This document shows, piece by piece, positions 43,028-54,221 of a DNA stretch of 64,000 bases. The stretch comes from Candidatus Marinacidobacterales bacterium. GTDB taxonomy: Bacteria > Acidobacteriota > Vicinamibacteria > Marinacidobacterales > DATDRI01. Position 1 is the stretch's first letter. Each line of letters begins with the position of its first letter. The DNA lies in contig CBDCNP010000002.1 of NCBI GenBank assembly GCA_965219415.1, forward strand, positions 704,001-768,000, read 5' to 3'. The notes under the pieces are model-generated. The model worked only from the letters and a program-made list of their open reading frames with translations, had not been told where the DNA came from and made no database searches. Made by a program: the position numbers and the translations under genes.

Positions 43028-43684
43028 TCAACAACCGGGAAGTGTTTCGACGAGGAGCCTTCCGGCGGCGAGGCTCCGAAGTTCCTCGGCGAGCTCGAGC
43101 GTTCTCAAGATGGCCTTCCGCGCCAACTCTTGTTCGCTCTCCTCCGTCGCGTAGCGGGCCAGCAGGGTCTTCCCCCACTCGTGATGGCGTTTTTCGTCCG
43201 GTTGGATGCGATCGCGGTACATCTCTGCGGTCTCGTTGTCCCCGACGTGCTCGCAGAACGCAATGAACAGTTGGTTAGACTTGTAACCGATCGCTTCTCG
43301 AGTGAACTGAGCCGCCGCGATCCGCTCGACCGTCGTCGTCAGAGTGTCCAAGTATTGCGAAAGAGGCCCGAGCGCCCCGGTGGGCGCGTGCTCGTTGGGA
43401 TCGTCGCCGAGCTCCTTCAGCCGGTTGCTGATGAGCTGAAAATGCTTGGCTTCGTCGCCGGCCTGCTGCGCGAAGGCGATCTTGACCTCGAGCTCGGGCG
43501 TGGTGCGAACCCCGCGGGCTGCGATCTCCGTCGCCTCGATCTCGTTTCGCAGCCCACCGCGTAGGAGCATCAGCATATCCGCCTTCGCAGTGGACTCCGA
43601 GAGCCGGGACAGCGCCGCATCGCGTGTGGAAAGGATCTGACGCAGCGTGGCGTCCATTTCGTCGACGAAGGCTTCGCCGTCCAT
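43028..43684 (-). CDS. Ferritin-like di-iron four-helix-bundle protein ending in PGC
   Basis: Ligand pattern E...DEAKH...E...DEKRH. Confidence 0.8.
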   Translation of the reverse strand: MDGEAFVDEMDATLRQILSTRDAALSRLSESTAKADMLMLLRGGLRNEIEATEIAARGVRTTPELEVKIAFAQQAGDEAKHFQLISNRLKELGDDPNEHAPTGALGPLSQYLDTLTTTVERIAAAQFTREAIGYKSNQLFIAFCEHVGDNETAEMYRDRIQPDEKRHHEWGKTLLARYATEESEQELARKAILRTLELAEELRSLAAGRLLVETLPGC

Positions 43685-43697
43685 TGGCCTTAGACTA

Positions 43698-44744
43698 TCA
43701 CGACTTGCGCTGCGACTCGGCTTCGCCGGCCGGCGACGCTGCCGCGGAAGACCCGTAGATCTCTTGTAGGCGCTTCGCCAAGTAGTGCCCGCCCTTGACG
43801 GGAGGGTAACGCGAGGGCCTCGCTGGGCTGCAGCACGTCTCGAGGGATTCGATCACCGCGTCGTAATTCGTACCGAAAAAAAACGGCACAGAATATCGCT
43901 CCTGCCCGGCTCTATTGATCACGCGGTGGGGCGTGGCGGTGAAAACATCGTTGGTCCAGCGCGCCAGCATCTCGCCCAAATTGACGACGAACGTTCCCGG
44001 GATCGGAGAAGCCTCGACCCACTCACCCGCCGGGTTTCGAACCTGGAGGCCACCGACCTCCCCCTGCGCCAAGATCGTGAAGCACTCGTAGTCGCAGTGC
44101 GCTCCGATTCCCAGACGGGACGGGTCGACGGGCCCGGGCTGCGGTGGATAGTGGAGCAGCCGAAGCTGCGCGATGGGTCGATCGGTCTTGTCCCGAAAAG
44201 CGAGCGGTGAGAGCCCCAGGCTCACCGCAAAGACCTCGAAGAGCGTCCGGCCCAACCCAATCATCTCCTCGAAGTACGCTTCGATGGTCTGGCGAAACCC
44301 TGGCAAGGAACTCGGCCAGAGGTTAGGTCCGTACATCCGAAAGGCCGCAGGATCGTTCACGTCTTTGAGAGGAGTGGGGGGCGGCGTGGGAAACGTGAAG
44401 TCTAGGGCTTCCTTGACGTCCCCAGCGGCATCGGGGTCCGTGCTTTCTGCTCGGAGGGGAATGTAACCTCGCTGCTTGCGCGCCTTGGTAAAGTGGATGG
44501 CGGTCTTCCGATCCTCGGGAAGGGCGAAAAACCGTTTCGCAGCTTGGAAGGTATCGGCGATTCCTCGCTGCGGCACACCATGGTTTCTCACATAGAAGAA
44601 ACCCACGTTCTGGCAGATGTCGCCCAGTCGCCGCGCCAACTCCTGCCTAACCTTCTCGTCTCCATCGAACCAGGGAGCGAGATCCACCACCGGGATCGCT
44701 TCGAAGGGAACTCGCCTCGCAACAACGACGCCCTGCCTTGCCAT
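43698..44744 (-). CDS. Isopenicillin N synthase-family 2OG-Fe(II) oxygenase
   Basis: IPVVDL, GFFYVRNHGV, HCD...H and RYS motifs. Confidence 0.92.
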   Translation of the reverse strand: MARQGVVVARRVPFEAIPVVDLAPWFDGDEKVRQELARRLGDICQNVGFFYVRNHGVPQRGIADTFQAAKRFFALPEDRKTAIHFTKARKQRGYIPLRAESTDPDAAGDVKEALDFTFPTPPPTPLKDVNDPAAFRMYGPNLWPSSLPGFRQTIEAYFEEMIGLGRTLFEVFAVSLGLSPLAFRDKTDRPIAQLRLLHYPPQPGPVDPSRLGIGAHCDYECFTILAQGEVGGLQVRNPAGEWVEASPIPGTFVVNLGEMLARWTNDVFTATPHRVINRAGQERYSVPFFFGTNYDAVIESLETCCSPARPSRYPPVKGGHYLAKRLQEIYGSSAAASPAGEAESQRKS

Positions 44745-44960
44745 CCTGCCACGATCATAACCGTGGTGGCTCCTGGGTCAAGAAATTCACCGTGCTCTAC
44801 GTTGGATCCTCCGAGAAAAACCCTCGATCGATCCTCAGGCCAGCCCTCTGCCAAGGGCCGTTCGGCGCCCGGACCACCACTCCCCACAACCGCACTCCGG
44901 CGAAGGATCGAGGCCCGGGAACGATGACTTCGACGCGACAGACCTGAAGCTTGCGGAACT

Positions 44961-46394
44961 GAGTCAAGCCCATTCTTAGTTGAAACTCTCCACGGCTCAC
45001 GTTTAAGCGACCTTCTTCTTCGATACGGTTGATGTCTTCGCCTCGATCTTCAGTTCCCGCTTGAGAGCTTCGCGAAGCTTGGGAAGATGGCGGTAGCCCA
45101 CCACCTTCCTCAAGCGCGGTTCGATGTCTACGAGCGCCGTTGCCAACCAGCGCTGGCGTTGGCTCGAGTTCTTCCAGTGGTCGACCTTCGCGCAGCGTTC
45201 CTCGACGAGAGCATTGACGGACTCAAGGCAGTTCGTCGTCTTGAACGAACGGCCCAACACCGCGTGCACGCCGAGTCGATGCAACGTCAGCGTCTCCTCG
45301 AGGCCTTCCTCCAGGCTGCCAGCTGCGGATTGGTTCCGCTCTTCTAACTCACCGTGGAGTTGCTCGAGCGCAGTGAGGGCCTCTTCGTACTCCGGCCTGT
45401 TGTAGGCCCACTGGAGCCGCTTGCGCCATGACGCCTGCTCGCCCTTGGACAGGTAGCTCACTACGTTTTCACGTTTGTGCCACTGGCAGCGTTGTATCAG
45501 GGCCCGCTTACGGAATGCCTTCTTGACTGCCGCTTGGAGACCCTTGCCGCCGTCGATGATCACCAGCAGACCCTGGGAGATATCGAGTCCCCGCTCGAGC
45601 AGTGAACGCAGGAACGGCGTCAACACCTGCGCGTTCTCCGTGTCCGTCTCCACGAAGCCCAAGAAGCGTTTTTCCCCGCAAAGCGTGATGCCCAGAGCCA
45701 CGACCATCGTTGCCTCGGCGAATGTCTTCCATCCAGAAACAGCGCCACCACATCCTCACCGGTCAGATCCCGTTCCTGCATCTCCCGCAGCTTCGCAGCG
45801 CTCGCTTGCACGAACCCTCGGGACACCGTTGAGCTCGACAGCCCGATGGCGCCCGGAATCGCTTCCGCTGCCGCCTCGTAGTTGCGACAAGAGATTCCGT
45901 AGAGAACTCGTTTCAGCAGAAGATCATTCACCTCACCGCCGTGGCTCACCGCCTCGTAGCAGCGAAGCGGAATCTCTCCTCCCTCGATGCTCCGAACCCG
46001 TGGCACACGGATCGGTACCCGCTGGCCGCCAAGCCCTACCGTGCCCGGGTTGCTTCCGGGACGGCGACCGCGCTCCAGCTCGTCCTTGCGAGAGTATCGC
46101 TCTCCCGCCAACGCCTTCACTTCGTCGTCGAGCAACTCGTGAACGTGCATTAGACCAAGGGGGACCAACCAACGGATCATCTCTACCTTGGCGTCCAGCA
46201 CGAGTTCCCCGTAATCCTCGTGCCTCACCATCTCGACCTCACCCAAACGACGCGACTTCTTGCGTTTCTTGACCGAACGTAGCAGACTTCCCATCTCGGC
46301 TCCTTTCTTCGCGGCTTGATTTTGTTTTGTCCAACGCCATCAAACCACGGGGTTTGGAGCCGTTTCAATTCCCAACTAAGATTGGCACACTTTC
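44961..46394 (-). mobile_element. IS256-family element; transposase 45003-46294 frameshifted near 45725
   Basis: RVPRVR, GISCR, IIDGGKGL, QRCQWHK, TTNCLES. Imperfect IR cores CCATTCTTAGTTG / CAACTAAGATTGG. No clear TSD, so the ends are approximate. Confidence 0.85.
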
Positions 46395-46410
46395 TCCTTG
46401 ACAGGGGGGA

Positions 46411-47055
46411 GTGGAGATGAAGAGAGAAAGAGTGCATGCGAGCTTCGTTCTGGGAGCCATGGCGTATCTAGTGCTAGCCCCGGTTGCGACCGAGGCGGCG
46501 AAGGTCAAGATCAGGTTCCGCTACACGGTGAAGTTTACCTGTGGCTCGGTCGTGTCGGGCGGCGGGCCGGTCGTTCCGGGCGACTACGCGACATCGGTCA
46601 ACCTGCAGAACGCTTCCTCCGGTCCAGTCATCGTTCGTGAGGCCATCGCGCTTAGTTTTCCGCCCGAGGCGCAGGGGAGAGTCTCGGACAAGATGGAGGG
46701 CGGATTACCGGCCCATGAGGCTCGCCAAGTGGATTGTAGTACGATCCCTTGGGAGTTCTCCTTCACGGATCCCGCTGCACTCGACGGCTACGTAGAGGGC
46801 TATCTCATCCTGGAGAGCACCGGCCCACTCCATGTCACGGGCGTCTACACCGCGGCGGGCGGATCGGGTCAAGTATCCATGGACGTAGAGAGAGTCCCGG
46901 GTCAGACTTTGAAGCGCTTCGTGGGTGATCGGAATAAGCTGATCATATGCCACGTTCCGCCCGGGCACCCGGAGCGGAGGCACACGCTTCTTATAGACCG
47001 AGCCGTTTGGCCGATCCATGAGGCTCATGGCGATACGATCGGCCGCTGTGAGTAG
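46411..47055 (+). CDS. Secreted hypothetical protein with a C-terminal His/Cys micro-domain
   Basis: Signal peptide, YTVKFTCG...PGDYATSVN, and terminal KLIICHVPPGHP...HEAHGDTIGRC. Confidence 0.7.
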   Translation: MEMKRERVHASFVLGAMAYLVLAPVATEAAKVKIRFRYTVKFTCGSVVSGGGPVVPGDYATSVNLQNASSGPVIVREAIALSFPPEAQGRVSDKMEGGLPAHEARQVDCSTIPWEFSFTDPAALDGYVEGYLILESTGPLHVTGVYTAAGGSGQVSMDVERVPGQTLKRFVGDRNKLIICHVPPGHPERRHTLLIDRAVWPIHEAHGDTIGRCE

Positions 47056-47066
47056 TTTCGCGGAAG

Positions 47067-47100
47067 AAAAAAGGGGGGCTCACCCGCTGGGTGAGTCCCC
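47067..47100 (-). terminator. Intrinsic terminator between convergent genes
   Basis: GGGGGCTCACCC-GCT-GGGTGAGTCCCC hairpin, with an A6 run that reads as a U-tract on the minus strand. Confidence 0.7.
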
Positions 47101-47118
47101 GCCTTTAGGGTCTTACCT

Positions 47119-48365
47119 CTACTTTGTTCTTCTATGCCTTCGGTGGGCCTTCTTGAAATGTGCCACGACTCGAATCGAGTCGCTGCCTTCGATCGCCGTC
47201 CCGTCGAAGAGTTCGCCGGTCAATGTTCCCGTCGACGCGCCGACTTCCCAGTGACGAGGTTTGTCCTTGAAGTAACAGACCGCGTCGAGGAAATCGTCGC
47301 GGTTCCAATCCACGATGGCGCAATGTGGCCCTTGCCTGGGGCGTATGCCGAGCTCGGACGCTTCGAATACTAGCGTGCTGAAGTCGATGTCGAGCGGTGA
47401 AAAGTCGGCGCTCCCGTTGATCGCTACCGGGATGAAACCGGGGCCGCGGCGGCTGAACGTATTGTTCTCGCTACGCGGCTTGACATCGATGTCGACACTA
47501 TCCGTTCGACACTTGCCGGCGTCCCACCTTCGAAGATGTCACTTATGTCGGTTTCGGAAAGGGCGGCCGAGTAGATCGAGATCTCATCCAGTAGCCGATT
47601 GAAGTCGAAAAGAGGATCGAGATTACCGCGAATGCCGAAGAGCAGGTCCTGCTCGCTACTGACGTCGTTCAATGTGGTGTAGTCCTGGAAGCCGTCCAGA
47701 TGGTCGTCGATATATACTTCGATGGACTTGGAAGCCCCATCGAAGACGCAAGCGACGTGATGGAACTCGTCATCGTCTACGGGCATGCTGCTCCACACGA
47801 AGGGAAAGTTCGTGCCGTCGAAAACGCCGCAAAAAATCGTTCCCTTGGGGCCAACCGTGGTGGGGAAACGCGGGTCACCCGTATTGAGTCGTACCGCGAA
47901 CGGATAGGCGAAAGTGCTCGAGTTTGCCCATTTCTCGACCAACGCCGGGTGCCCCTCGATCATCCCTTCGGTCTTCATCCAAAACTCGACGGTGTAGGAG
48001 TCCGAGGCTCTGAAATCTAAGCTGGAACTGTGCGGAACTTGTACGAAGTCTTGGGTGCCGCTGAAATCGAAGGCCTGTCCGACTTTGCCCGGGCTGAATG
48101 TGGCGTCGACCACGGTGCCGTCATTGTCACCCCAAGCGTCCTCGGCGTTGCCTTCACCCGGCCACCAACTCACCAAGCCGGAGGGAGCGGCGCAGTTGTC
48201 TCCGCCGGGATTATCGTTGTTAGGAGGTCCTTAGTCTCGGCTATCGTCGTCGCTGCTATCGTCGTCGTGGCTACGTCCTTTCGGACGTGCATCGACGGGA
48301 CTTGCAAGCGCAAGCGCAAGGAAGAGTGGCAGTAAAACCCCAAAGAGGCTGAGCGTTTTGCTCAT
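47119..48365 (-). pseudogene. Secreted LamG/concanavalin-like domain protein; in-frame stop near 48232 and frameshift near 47520
   Basis: Signal peptide MSKTLSLFGVLL, GLVSWWPGEGNAED, GKVGQAFDF, LDEISIYSAALS, and a C-terminal DVKP...N...IPVAI domain. Confidence 0.75.
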
Positions 48366-48633
48366 GGCACACTTCCTCTGTCTAGCCGAGGCCTGGGTTT
48401 TGGGGTAATCCAGCCGGCAAACCGGCGGTCGGGGGAGACCTAAGCTTTTAGGATGGAGTTCAGTTTACGCCCACATTGCAAAAATGTCAAGTTGAAATTC
48501 CCACAGGGTCGTTGGCCACGCGCGGAGGAAGATGCGAGGTTGCCATCGAGCGCCGGGCAACGCGGAAACAAGTAGGTGGAAGTATGGCTTTTGCATATGA
48601 TAGTCAGGTCTTTCTAGCTAACCGCTCACCCAG

Positions 48634-49407
48634 ATGCTGACCATACTGATCGGCTTTGCAGTCGGCCTGCTCGTCGGCCTAAGTGGCCTCGGCGGCGGGG
48701 TTATTCTGCTCCCGCTCCTCATTTTCGTGCTGCGCGTTCCTCCCATCGTGGCGGTCGGCTCGGGAGCCGTTTTCTCCTCGATCACCAAGACCGGTGCCGG
48801 CTTTCTTCATTGGCGCCAAGGCACCCTCGACTGGGGGCTGGTTGGCTATTTGGCCGCGGGCAGTGTACCCGGGGCGCTCGCGGGAGTGGGGTTTCTCTCC
48901 CACCTACGGGCGACATACGGTGATGGTGTGAATGACCTCCTTACCCGGATCCTAGGCATTCTTCTCATCGTCATCCCGATTCTGTTGTTAGTGGAAGCGA
49001 AGCTCCAGCGGCAAACAGGAAACGATCTCCGATCGCTGTTACCGACGTGGGTGAATCGTCGCAACGGCGGAGTCATCACCGGACTCGTCGGAGGTTTCTT
49101 GGTGGGGCTCACCTCGGTGGGCTCGGGAAGTATCATTTTGATGTTACTGCTGCTGTTCTCACGTCGTCCTGGCAACGTCCTGGTCGGGACGGATATCACG
49201 CACGCCGTGATTTTGACCGGAGTGGCAGGACTCTTTCATCTGGGAATCGGAACGGTGGACTTGCCTTTGGTTGGCCTATTGCTCGTTGGCTCCCTGCCCG
49301 GTTCTCTCTTAGGCGTGCGACTCGGCGCCTATCTTCCCGCCGGTTGGTTGCAGCGCATCTTGATCCTGCTGCTTTTTGCCACCGGGGTAAAAATGCTTTG
49401 GGGATGA
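48634..49407 (+). CDS. TauE/SafE (TSUP) family membrane transporter
   Basis: [27 protein letters not shown]. Confidence 0.88.
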   Translation: MLTILIGFAVGLLVGLSGLGGGVILLPLLIFVLRVPPIVAVGSGAVFSSITKTGAGFLHWRQGTLDWGLVGYLAAGSVPGALAGVGFLSHLRATYGDGVNDLLTRILGILLIVIPILLLVEAKLQRQTGNDLRSLLPTWVNRRNGGVITGLVGGFLVGLTSVGSGSIILMLLLLFSRRPGNVLVGTDITHAVILTGVAGLFHLGIGTVDLPLVGLLLVGSLPGSLLGVRLGAYLPAGWLQRILILLLFATGVKMLWG

Positions 49408-49423
49408 AGCGGAAGGGGTCCAC

Positions 49424-51199
49424 GTGGGAGTAGGAGCCCTGGCGTTTTTGTCCCTCATGCCCATCGCGGCGGTGGGGATCCTACTCGTCATTCTGAGGTG
49501 GCCCGCGAGCCGCGCCATGCCTCTCTCGTATCTCGTCGCGGCGAGTCTGGCCCTCTGGGTGTGGAAGGTTGCTCCGGTACAGATTGCCGCGGCCACCGTG
49601 AACGGATTAGTTATCGCCGTCACACTCATCTACATCGTATTCGGCGCGATCCTTCTTCTGAATACCTTGCAAGCGAGCGGAGCGTTGAGGACGATCCGGC
49701 GCGGCTTTACCGGCATCACCTCCGACCGACGCATTCAGGTCATTATTGTCGCTTGGTTGTTCGGGTCCTTTATCGAGGGTTCGGCAGGGTTTGGCACTCC
49801 TGCGGCGGTCGCGGTACCTCTCCTGGTCGGCCTCGGGTTTCCCGCGATGGCGGCGGTCATGGCGGGAATGATCATCCAGAGTACTCCAGTGTCCTTCGGC
49901 GCGGTGGGAACACCGATCTTGGTTGGTGTGAGCAGCGGCCTTTCCACCGACCCCGAGATCGCCCGGTTCGCCACCGAGCAAGGCTATGCGGACTGGAGCC
50001 AGTTCCTCGCGATGATCGGTGTCAAGGTCGCCTTCCTTCACACCATCGCCGGGACCCTGGTGCCTCTGTTGGTGCTCGCGTTCATGACGCGATTCTTCGG
50101 CGCCAACCGGTCCTTCGTCGAAGGGCTCAGGGTTTGGAAATTCGCATTGTTCGCCGCGTTCGCCATGACCGTTCCGTACTTGATCGTAGCGTGGTTGCTG
50201 GGTCCCGAGTTTCCGGCGATGTTCGGGGGACTGGCGGGACTTGCGATCGTGGTTCCCGCCGCCCGCAAGGGATTCCTCGTTCCACGGGCCGAGGATGCAT
50301 GGGATTTCGAAAGCAAAGAAAAATGGGACCCGGAGTGGACGGGATCGATTGAGATCAAGGACGAGGCGCCGCCAGGCGCAGAGATGGGCGTCTTGAAGGC
50401 TTGGTCCCCGTATCTTCTGGTCGGGTGTTTTCTGGTGTTGACCCGCCTTCGCGGGTTGCCTTTTCTCGGCTGGCTTCAATCTTGGACGCTAACTGCTCCG
50501 AACCTCTTCGGCACCGACATCACCGCCAAGGCTCAGCCACTCTACCTGCCGGGCACCGTCTTCGTCACCGTTTCTCTGCTCACATTCCTTTTGCACCGCA
50601 TGAAAGGCGGCGCCTACCGGTCGGCGTGGGGAAGGTCGATTCGAACCATGGGATATGCCTCGCTAGCTTTGATCTTTACGGTGCCCATGGTGCAGGTCTT
50701 CATCAACAGTGGGGGAGGGGAGGCCGGTTTCGAGAGGATGCCCATCGTGCTCGCGGATGGGATCGCCACGTTGGCGGGCGGGGCCTGGCCCATTTTTGCC
50801 CCGTTCATTGGCGGACTCGGAGCCTTTGTCGCAGGTAGCAATACGGTTAGCAACATGATGTTCTCTCTCTTCCAGTTCGGAGTCGGCCAGCGGATCGGCG
50901 TAGACCCGACGTGGGTGGTGGCCCTGCAGGCCGTCGGGGGTGCCGCCGGAAACATGATCTGCGTCCACAACGTGGTTGCGGCGTCCGCAGTCGTAGGCCT
51001 CGGGGGAAGAGAGGGCGCCGTCATTCGAATGACGCTCATTCCCTTCTTTTATTATGCGCTGCTGCCAGGCTCGGTCGGTTATTTCATCGTTTGGTACGCG
51101 CAAAAGGGTATTTTTAACGCTGGGTCGGCGATAGCCTTTCTCATTGCACTAGCAGCGGTTATTGTCGTGGTACGCGCCAACCGTGAAGCGGAGGCCTGA
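49424..51199 (+). CDS. lctP: L-lactate permease
   Basis: [49 protein letters not shown]. Confidence 0.92.
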   Translation: MGVGALAFLSLMPIAAVGILLVILRWPASRAMPLSYLVAASLALWVWKVAPVQIAAATVNGLVIAVTLIYIVFGAILLLNTLQASGALRTIRRGFTGITSDRRIQVIIVAWLFGSFIEGSAGFGTPAAVAVPLLVGLGFPAMAAVMAGMIIQSTPVSFGAVGTPILVGVSSGLSTDPEIARFATEQGYADWSQFLAMIGVKVAFLHTIAGTLVPLLVLAFMTRFFGANRSFVEGLRVWKFALFAAFAMTVPYLIVAWLLGPEFPAMFGGLAGLAIVVPAARKGFLVPRAEDAWDFESKEKWDPEWTGSIEIKDEAPPGAEMGVLKAWSPYLLVGCFLVLTRLRGLPFLGWLQSWTLTAPNLFGTDITAKAQPLYLPGTVFVTVSLLTFLLHRMKGGAYRSAWGRSIRTMGYASLALIFTVPMVQVFINSGGGEAGFERMPIVLADGIATLAGGAWPIFAPFIGGLGAFVAGSNTVSNMMFSLFQFGVGQRIGVDPTWVVALQAVGGAAGNMICVHNVVAASAVVGLGGREGAVIRMTLIPFFYYALLPGSVGYFIVWYAQKGIFNAGSAIAFLIALAAVIVVVRANREAEA

Positions 51200-51206
51200 G
51201 AAGACA

Positions 51207-53873
51207 CTAGCCGGTGTTGCGCATGCCGGCCGCGATTCCATTGATCGTCAGTAGGAGTGCGTACTGAAGTCGCTCGTCTTCGTCCACCTCACGTAGACGC
51301 CGTAGCACCTCGACCTGCACGAGGTTGATGGGATCGACGTAAGGATTGCGTATGGCGATCGACCTGCGCAAGACCGGGTTCTGTTCTAATAATTCTTGGT
51401 GGCCGGTCGTTCTCAGAACGGACTCTCGCGTCTTCTCGAGTCGCTGGCGCAGCGCTTCACCGAACGGTTGAACATCTTTCGGTACTAGTGTCCGATCGTA
51501 CTGCGCGGCGATAGCGGAATCCGCCTTGGCTAGCACCATTTCCATGAGATCGAGCGTGGACCGGAAAAACGGCCAGTCTTGGTACATTTGCTTGAGCTCC
51601 TTTTCACTTTGGCCCCCCATTGTCTTGGCGAGAGCCTCTCCGATCCCCAGCCATGTTGGCAGAAGCAGCCGGTTTTGGGTCCAAGCGAAGACCCATGGGA
51701 TGGCACGCAAGGATCCGAGTCCGGTGCTGGGCCGTCGTCTCGCCGGGCGGCTCCCGATCTTCAATAGCCCCTCGAGCTCCGCGATGGGCGTTGCCGCCAG
51801 GAGATACTCGGGGAACTGAGCATGTTCGTAGACGAGGTCCCGGTAGGAGTGACGTGACAACTCGGAGAGCTCCGTCATGAGCTCGCGCCATTCGGGTTTC
51901 GGAGGAGGAGCAGGGGCGACGGTCGCTTCCAGGGTGGCGGTGGTGTAGATCTCGAGGGTTCGGAGCGCGATGCCCGGAAGCCCGAACTTAGCTTCGATCA
52001 TTTCTCCTTGCTCGGTCACTCTCAGGGCGCCATCGACCGATCCCGGAGGTTGTGACTGGATGGCCAACACGGTGGGCCCGCCGCCTCGTCCCACCGTCCC
52101 GCCCCGTCCATGGAAGATGGTTAGGGGAACCCCTTGGCTCTTTGCGGCGTCGACGATCTGCTCCTGTGCTTGGTAGAGCTCCCAAGCGGCGGCGAGTCGC
52201 CCTCCGTCCTTGGCGGAGTCGGAGTAGCCGATCATGACCTCTTGCCGGCCGTGCGCCTCGAAGAGTTCTTCTCGATAGCTTGGTACTAGCAGCAGGGTTC
52301 GAATGGTTTCGCCCGCCGCCCGTAGATCCGCTACCGTCTCGAACAGCGGCACCACGCGCAGGGGTCTTCTAACCGCGGCGATTCTCTGGAGAAGCTCGAC
52401 CGCGAGGACGTCCGATGCGCCTCGCGTCATCGAGATCACATAGGCACCCAAGGAGTCGGGAGGGAGGCGAGCGATCATTCGAAAAGTATCGAACGTATCG
52501 TGAATTGTTGAGGGAAGCTTCGGATCCCTCATGAGCTCTGGCGGGATCAACGATCGTCGATTTGCAATTTCCCGGATGAGGAAGGCCCGTCGCCCCTCCT
52601 CGTCCCATTCCGAATACGAACCGAGCCCCAAGTAGTTGGTGACGACGTCCAAGGCTTCGTCGTGACGTCCCGCCTCTTGGCGGATATCGAGGCGGACGAG
52701 TGTAAGCTCAAAGCACGCTAGGCGGCGTTCAAGATCCAGAAGCCGTCCCCGCGCCAGAAGTGAGAGGTTGGTGGCCTCGAGCGAACGTCGACAAAGGGCC
52801 AACACTTCAGCGAGCTCGGACGCATCGTCATAGATGTCGGCGTCGTTGGATGCCTCACCTTCGAGCTGCGCCTCGATGTATTTTCGGGTCGCTTGGAGTT
52901 TGTCTATCGCCTGTTTCAGAAGGGCCCGGTATGGCTCCGGCATTTTGCCGACCCGGGCGCGTAGCTCGGTGCTTCCCGACCGCATCGAGAGCTCATCACG
53001 CAGCAAGGCGAGCTCCTTCTCATAGAGCTCGGCCGCCGTCCATCGAGCGAGCAAGCACGCCTTTTCGGTAACCTCGGGCGTTACGTTGGGGTTCCCGTCC
53101 CGGTCCCCGCCGATCCATGAGCCGAATCGAATCGGAACCGCGGTCCGCGGGAGCGGCTTGCCGGCGACTTGGGTGAGTGCGGTGTCCACTTCACGCAGGT
53201 AAGCGGGGACGACGTCCCACAGCGTTTGCTCGAACACCACTAGGCCCCATCGCACTTCATCGAGCGGTGTGGGACGGCGGTGGTAGATCTCGTCGGTGGT
53301 CCATGAGGCCGCGATCTCCCTCCGGAGGTCCTCCACGATCCCATTGCGCTCATGAGCGGAAAGGTCGGGCCGATCCAAACGTTCCAAGCACTGCGCGATC
53401 TCCCGGTGTTTGCGGCGCAGTGTCCGGCGAACGACCTCCGTGGGATGGGAGGTCAAGACGAGCTGGATCGAGAGAGCGCAGACCTTCTGGAACAGATCAT
53501 CGGGAGAAGTCCCGGAGGCGATCAAGCGTGGAAACACGTCCATACAAGAGCCGGGTTGCGGTCTCGGCTCGGCGTCGTGCTGATAATCACGGCGCCTTCG
53601 AATGCGATGGTGTTGTTCGGCGATGTTGGCCAAAGTGAGAAAGTGCGCAAAGGCCCGCGCTACCGGCACCGCGTCCTTCAAACGAAGCTTGGCCAGCTCC
53701 TGGCTCAGCTCGGCGAGGTCCTCTTCGCCGGAGGCCCGCAGTTCCTTCGCCATCGCCCGCACACGCTCGACCGTCTCGAACAGAGGGAGACCCTCTTGAG
53801 ACTTCAACACGTCTCCGAGGAGGCGTCCGAGTAGCCGGACGTCGTCGCAAAGTGGTTGATGCGGGTCGGCCAT
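51207..53873 (-). CDS. ppc: Phosphoenolpyruvate carboxylase
   Basis: VLTSHPTE, WIGGDRDGNP, VMIGYSDSAKDGG, FHGRGGTVGRGG, LRAIPW, GMRNTG. Probable ATG at 53873. Confidence 0.97.
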   Translation of the reverse strand: MADPHQPLCDDVRLLGRLLGDVLKSQEGLPLFETVERVRAMAKELRASGEEDLAELSQELAKLRLKDAVPVARAFAHFLTLANIAEQHHRIRRRRDYQHDAEPRPQPGSCMDVFPRLIASGTSPDDLFQKVCALSIQLVLTSHPTEVVRRTLRRKHREIAQCLERLDRPDLSAHERNGIVEDLRREIAASWTTDEIYHRRPTPLDEVRWGLVVFEQTLWDVVPAYLREVDTALTQVAGKPLPRTAVPIRFGSWIGGDRDGNPNVTPEVTEKACLLARWTAAELYEKELALLRDELSMRSGSTELRARVGKMPEPYRALLKQAIDKLQATRKYIEAQLEGEASNDADIYDDASELAEVLALCRRSLEATNLSLLARGRLLDLERRLACFELTLVRLDIRQEAGRHDEALDVVTNYLGLGSYSEWDEEGRRAFLIREIANRRSLIPPELMRDPKLPSTIHDTFDTFRMIARLPPDSLGAYVISMTRGASDVLAVELLQRIAAVRRPLRVVPLFETVADLRAAGETIRTLLLVPSYREELFEAHGRQEVMIGYSDSAKDGGRLAAAWELYQAQEQIVDAAKSQGVPLTIFHGRGGTVGRGGGPTVLAIQSQPPGSVDGALRVTEQGEMIEAKFGLPGIALRTLEIYTTATLEATVAPAPPPKPEWRELMTELSELSRHSYRDLVYEHAQFPEYLLAATPIAELEGLLKIGSRPARRRPSTGLGSLRAIPWVFAWTQNRLLLPTWLGIGEALAKTMGGQSEKELKQMYQDWPFFRSTLDLMEMVLAKADSAIAAQYDRTLVPKDVQPFGEALRQRLEKTRESVLRTTGHQELLEQNPVLRRSIAIRNPYVDPINLVQVEVLRRLREVDEDERLQYALLLTINGIAAGMRNTG

Positions 53874-54221
53874 GATCTGATTATAGGCTCTTAAGTCCAA
53901 GTAAGCGCTGTCTCTCGCACGATCCCGCCGCTGGACCCAAAGTGTGACCGAGCGCACTCGTTTCGCCCGACAGAAAGTGTATGAAGAAGACCGTTTAAGA
54001 AGTATGGGGGTTCCAAGTGTGGGGGGAAGCCCTTGATCTCGGGCTTTCGAGTGTCAAGTGATGTCTTATCCCTACACGTCGAAATAATTGCGTTGACAGA
54101 CGTCGATCGCGCCCCATACACTTGACGTCCCCAACCTGCATGGCGCCATCGGCCGCGTCGTTTCACTCGAGCCAGAGCGATTGATCTAAGTATCTTTATA
54201 TGAAGGCTCTGGCGGGGAAGC

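Noticed and set aside
42990-43030. Selenocysteine read-through at PGC-TGA of the ferritin-like gene (GCU-like motif)
   Set aside because: The downstream hairpin has a large pyrimidine-rich loop unlike a bacterial SECIS, and a plain stop is the simpler reading.
53985-54060. Possible IS end or MITE upstream of ppc
   Set aside because: Only a weak resemblance to one IS terminus, with no partner end or coding remnant.
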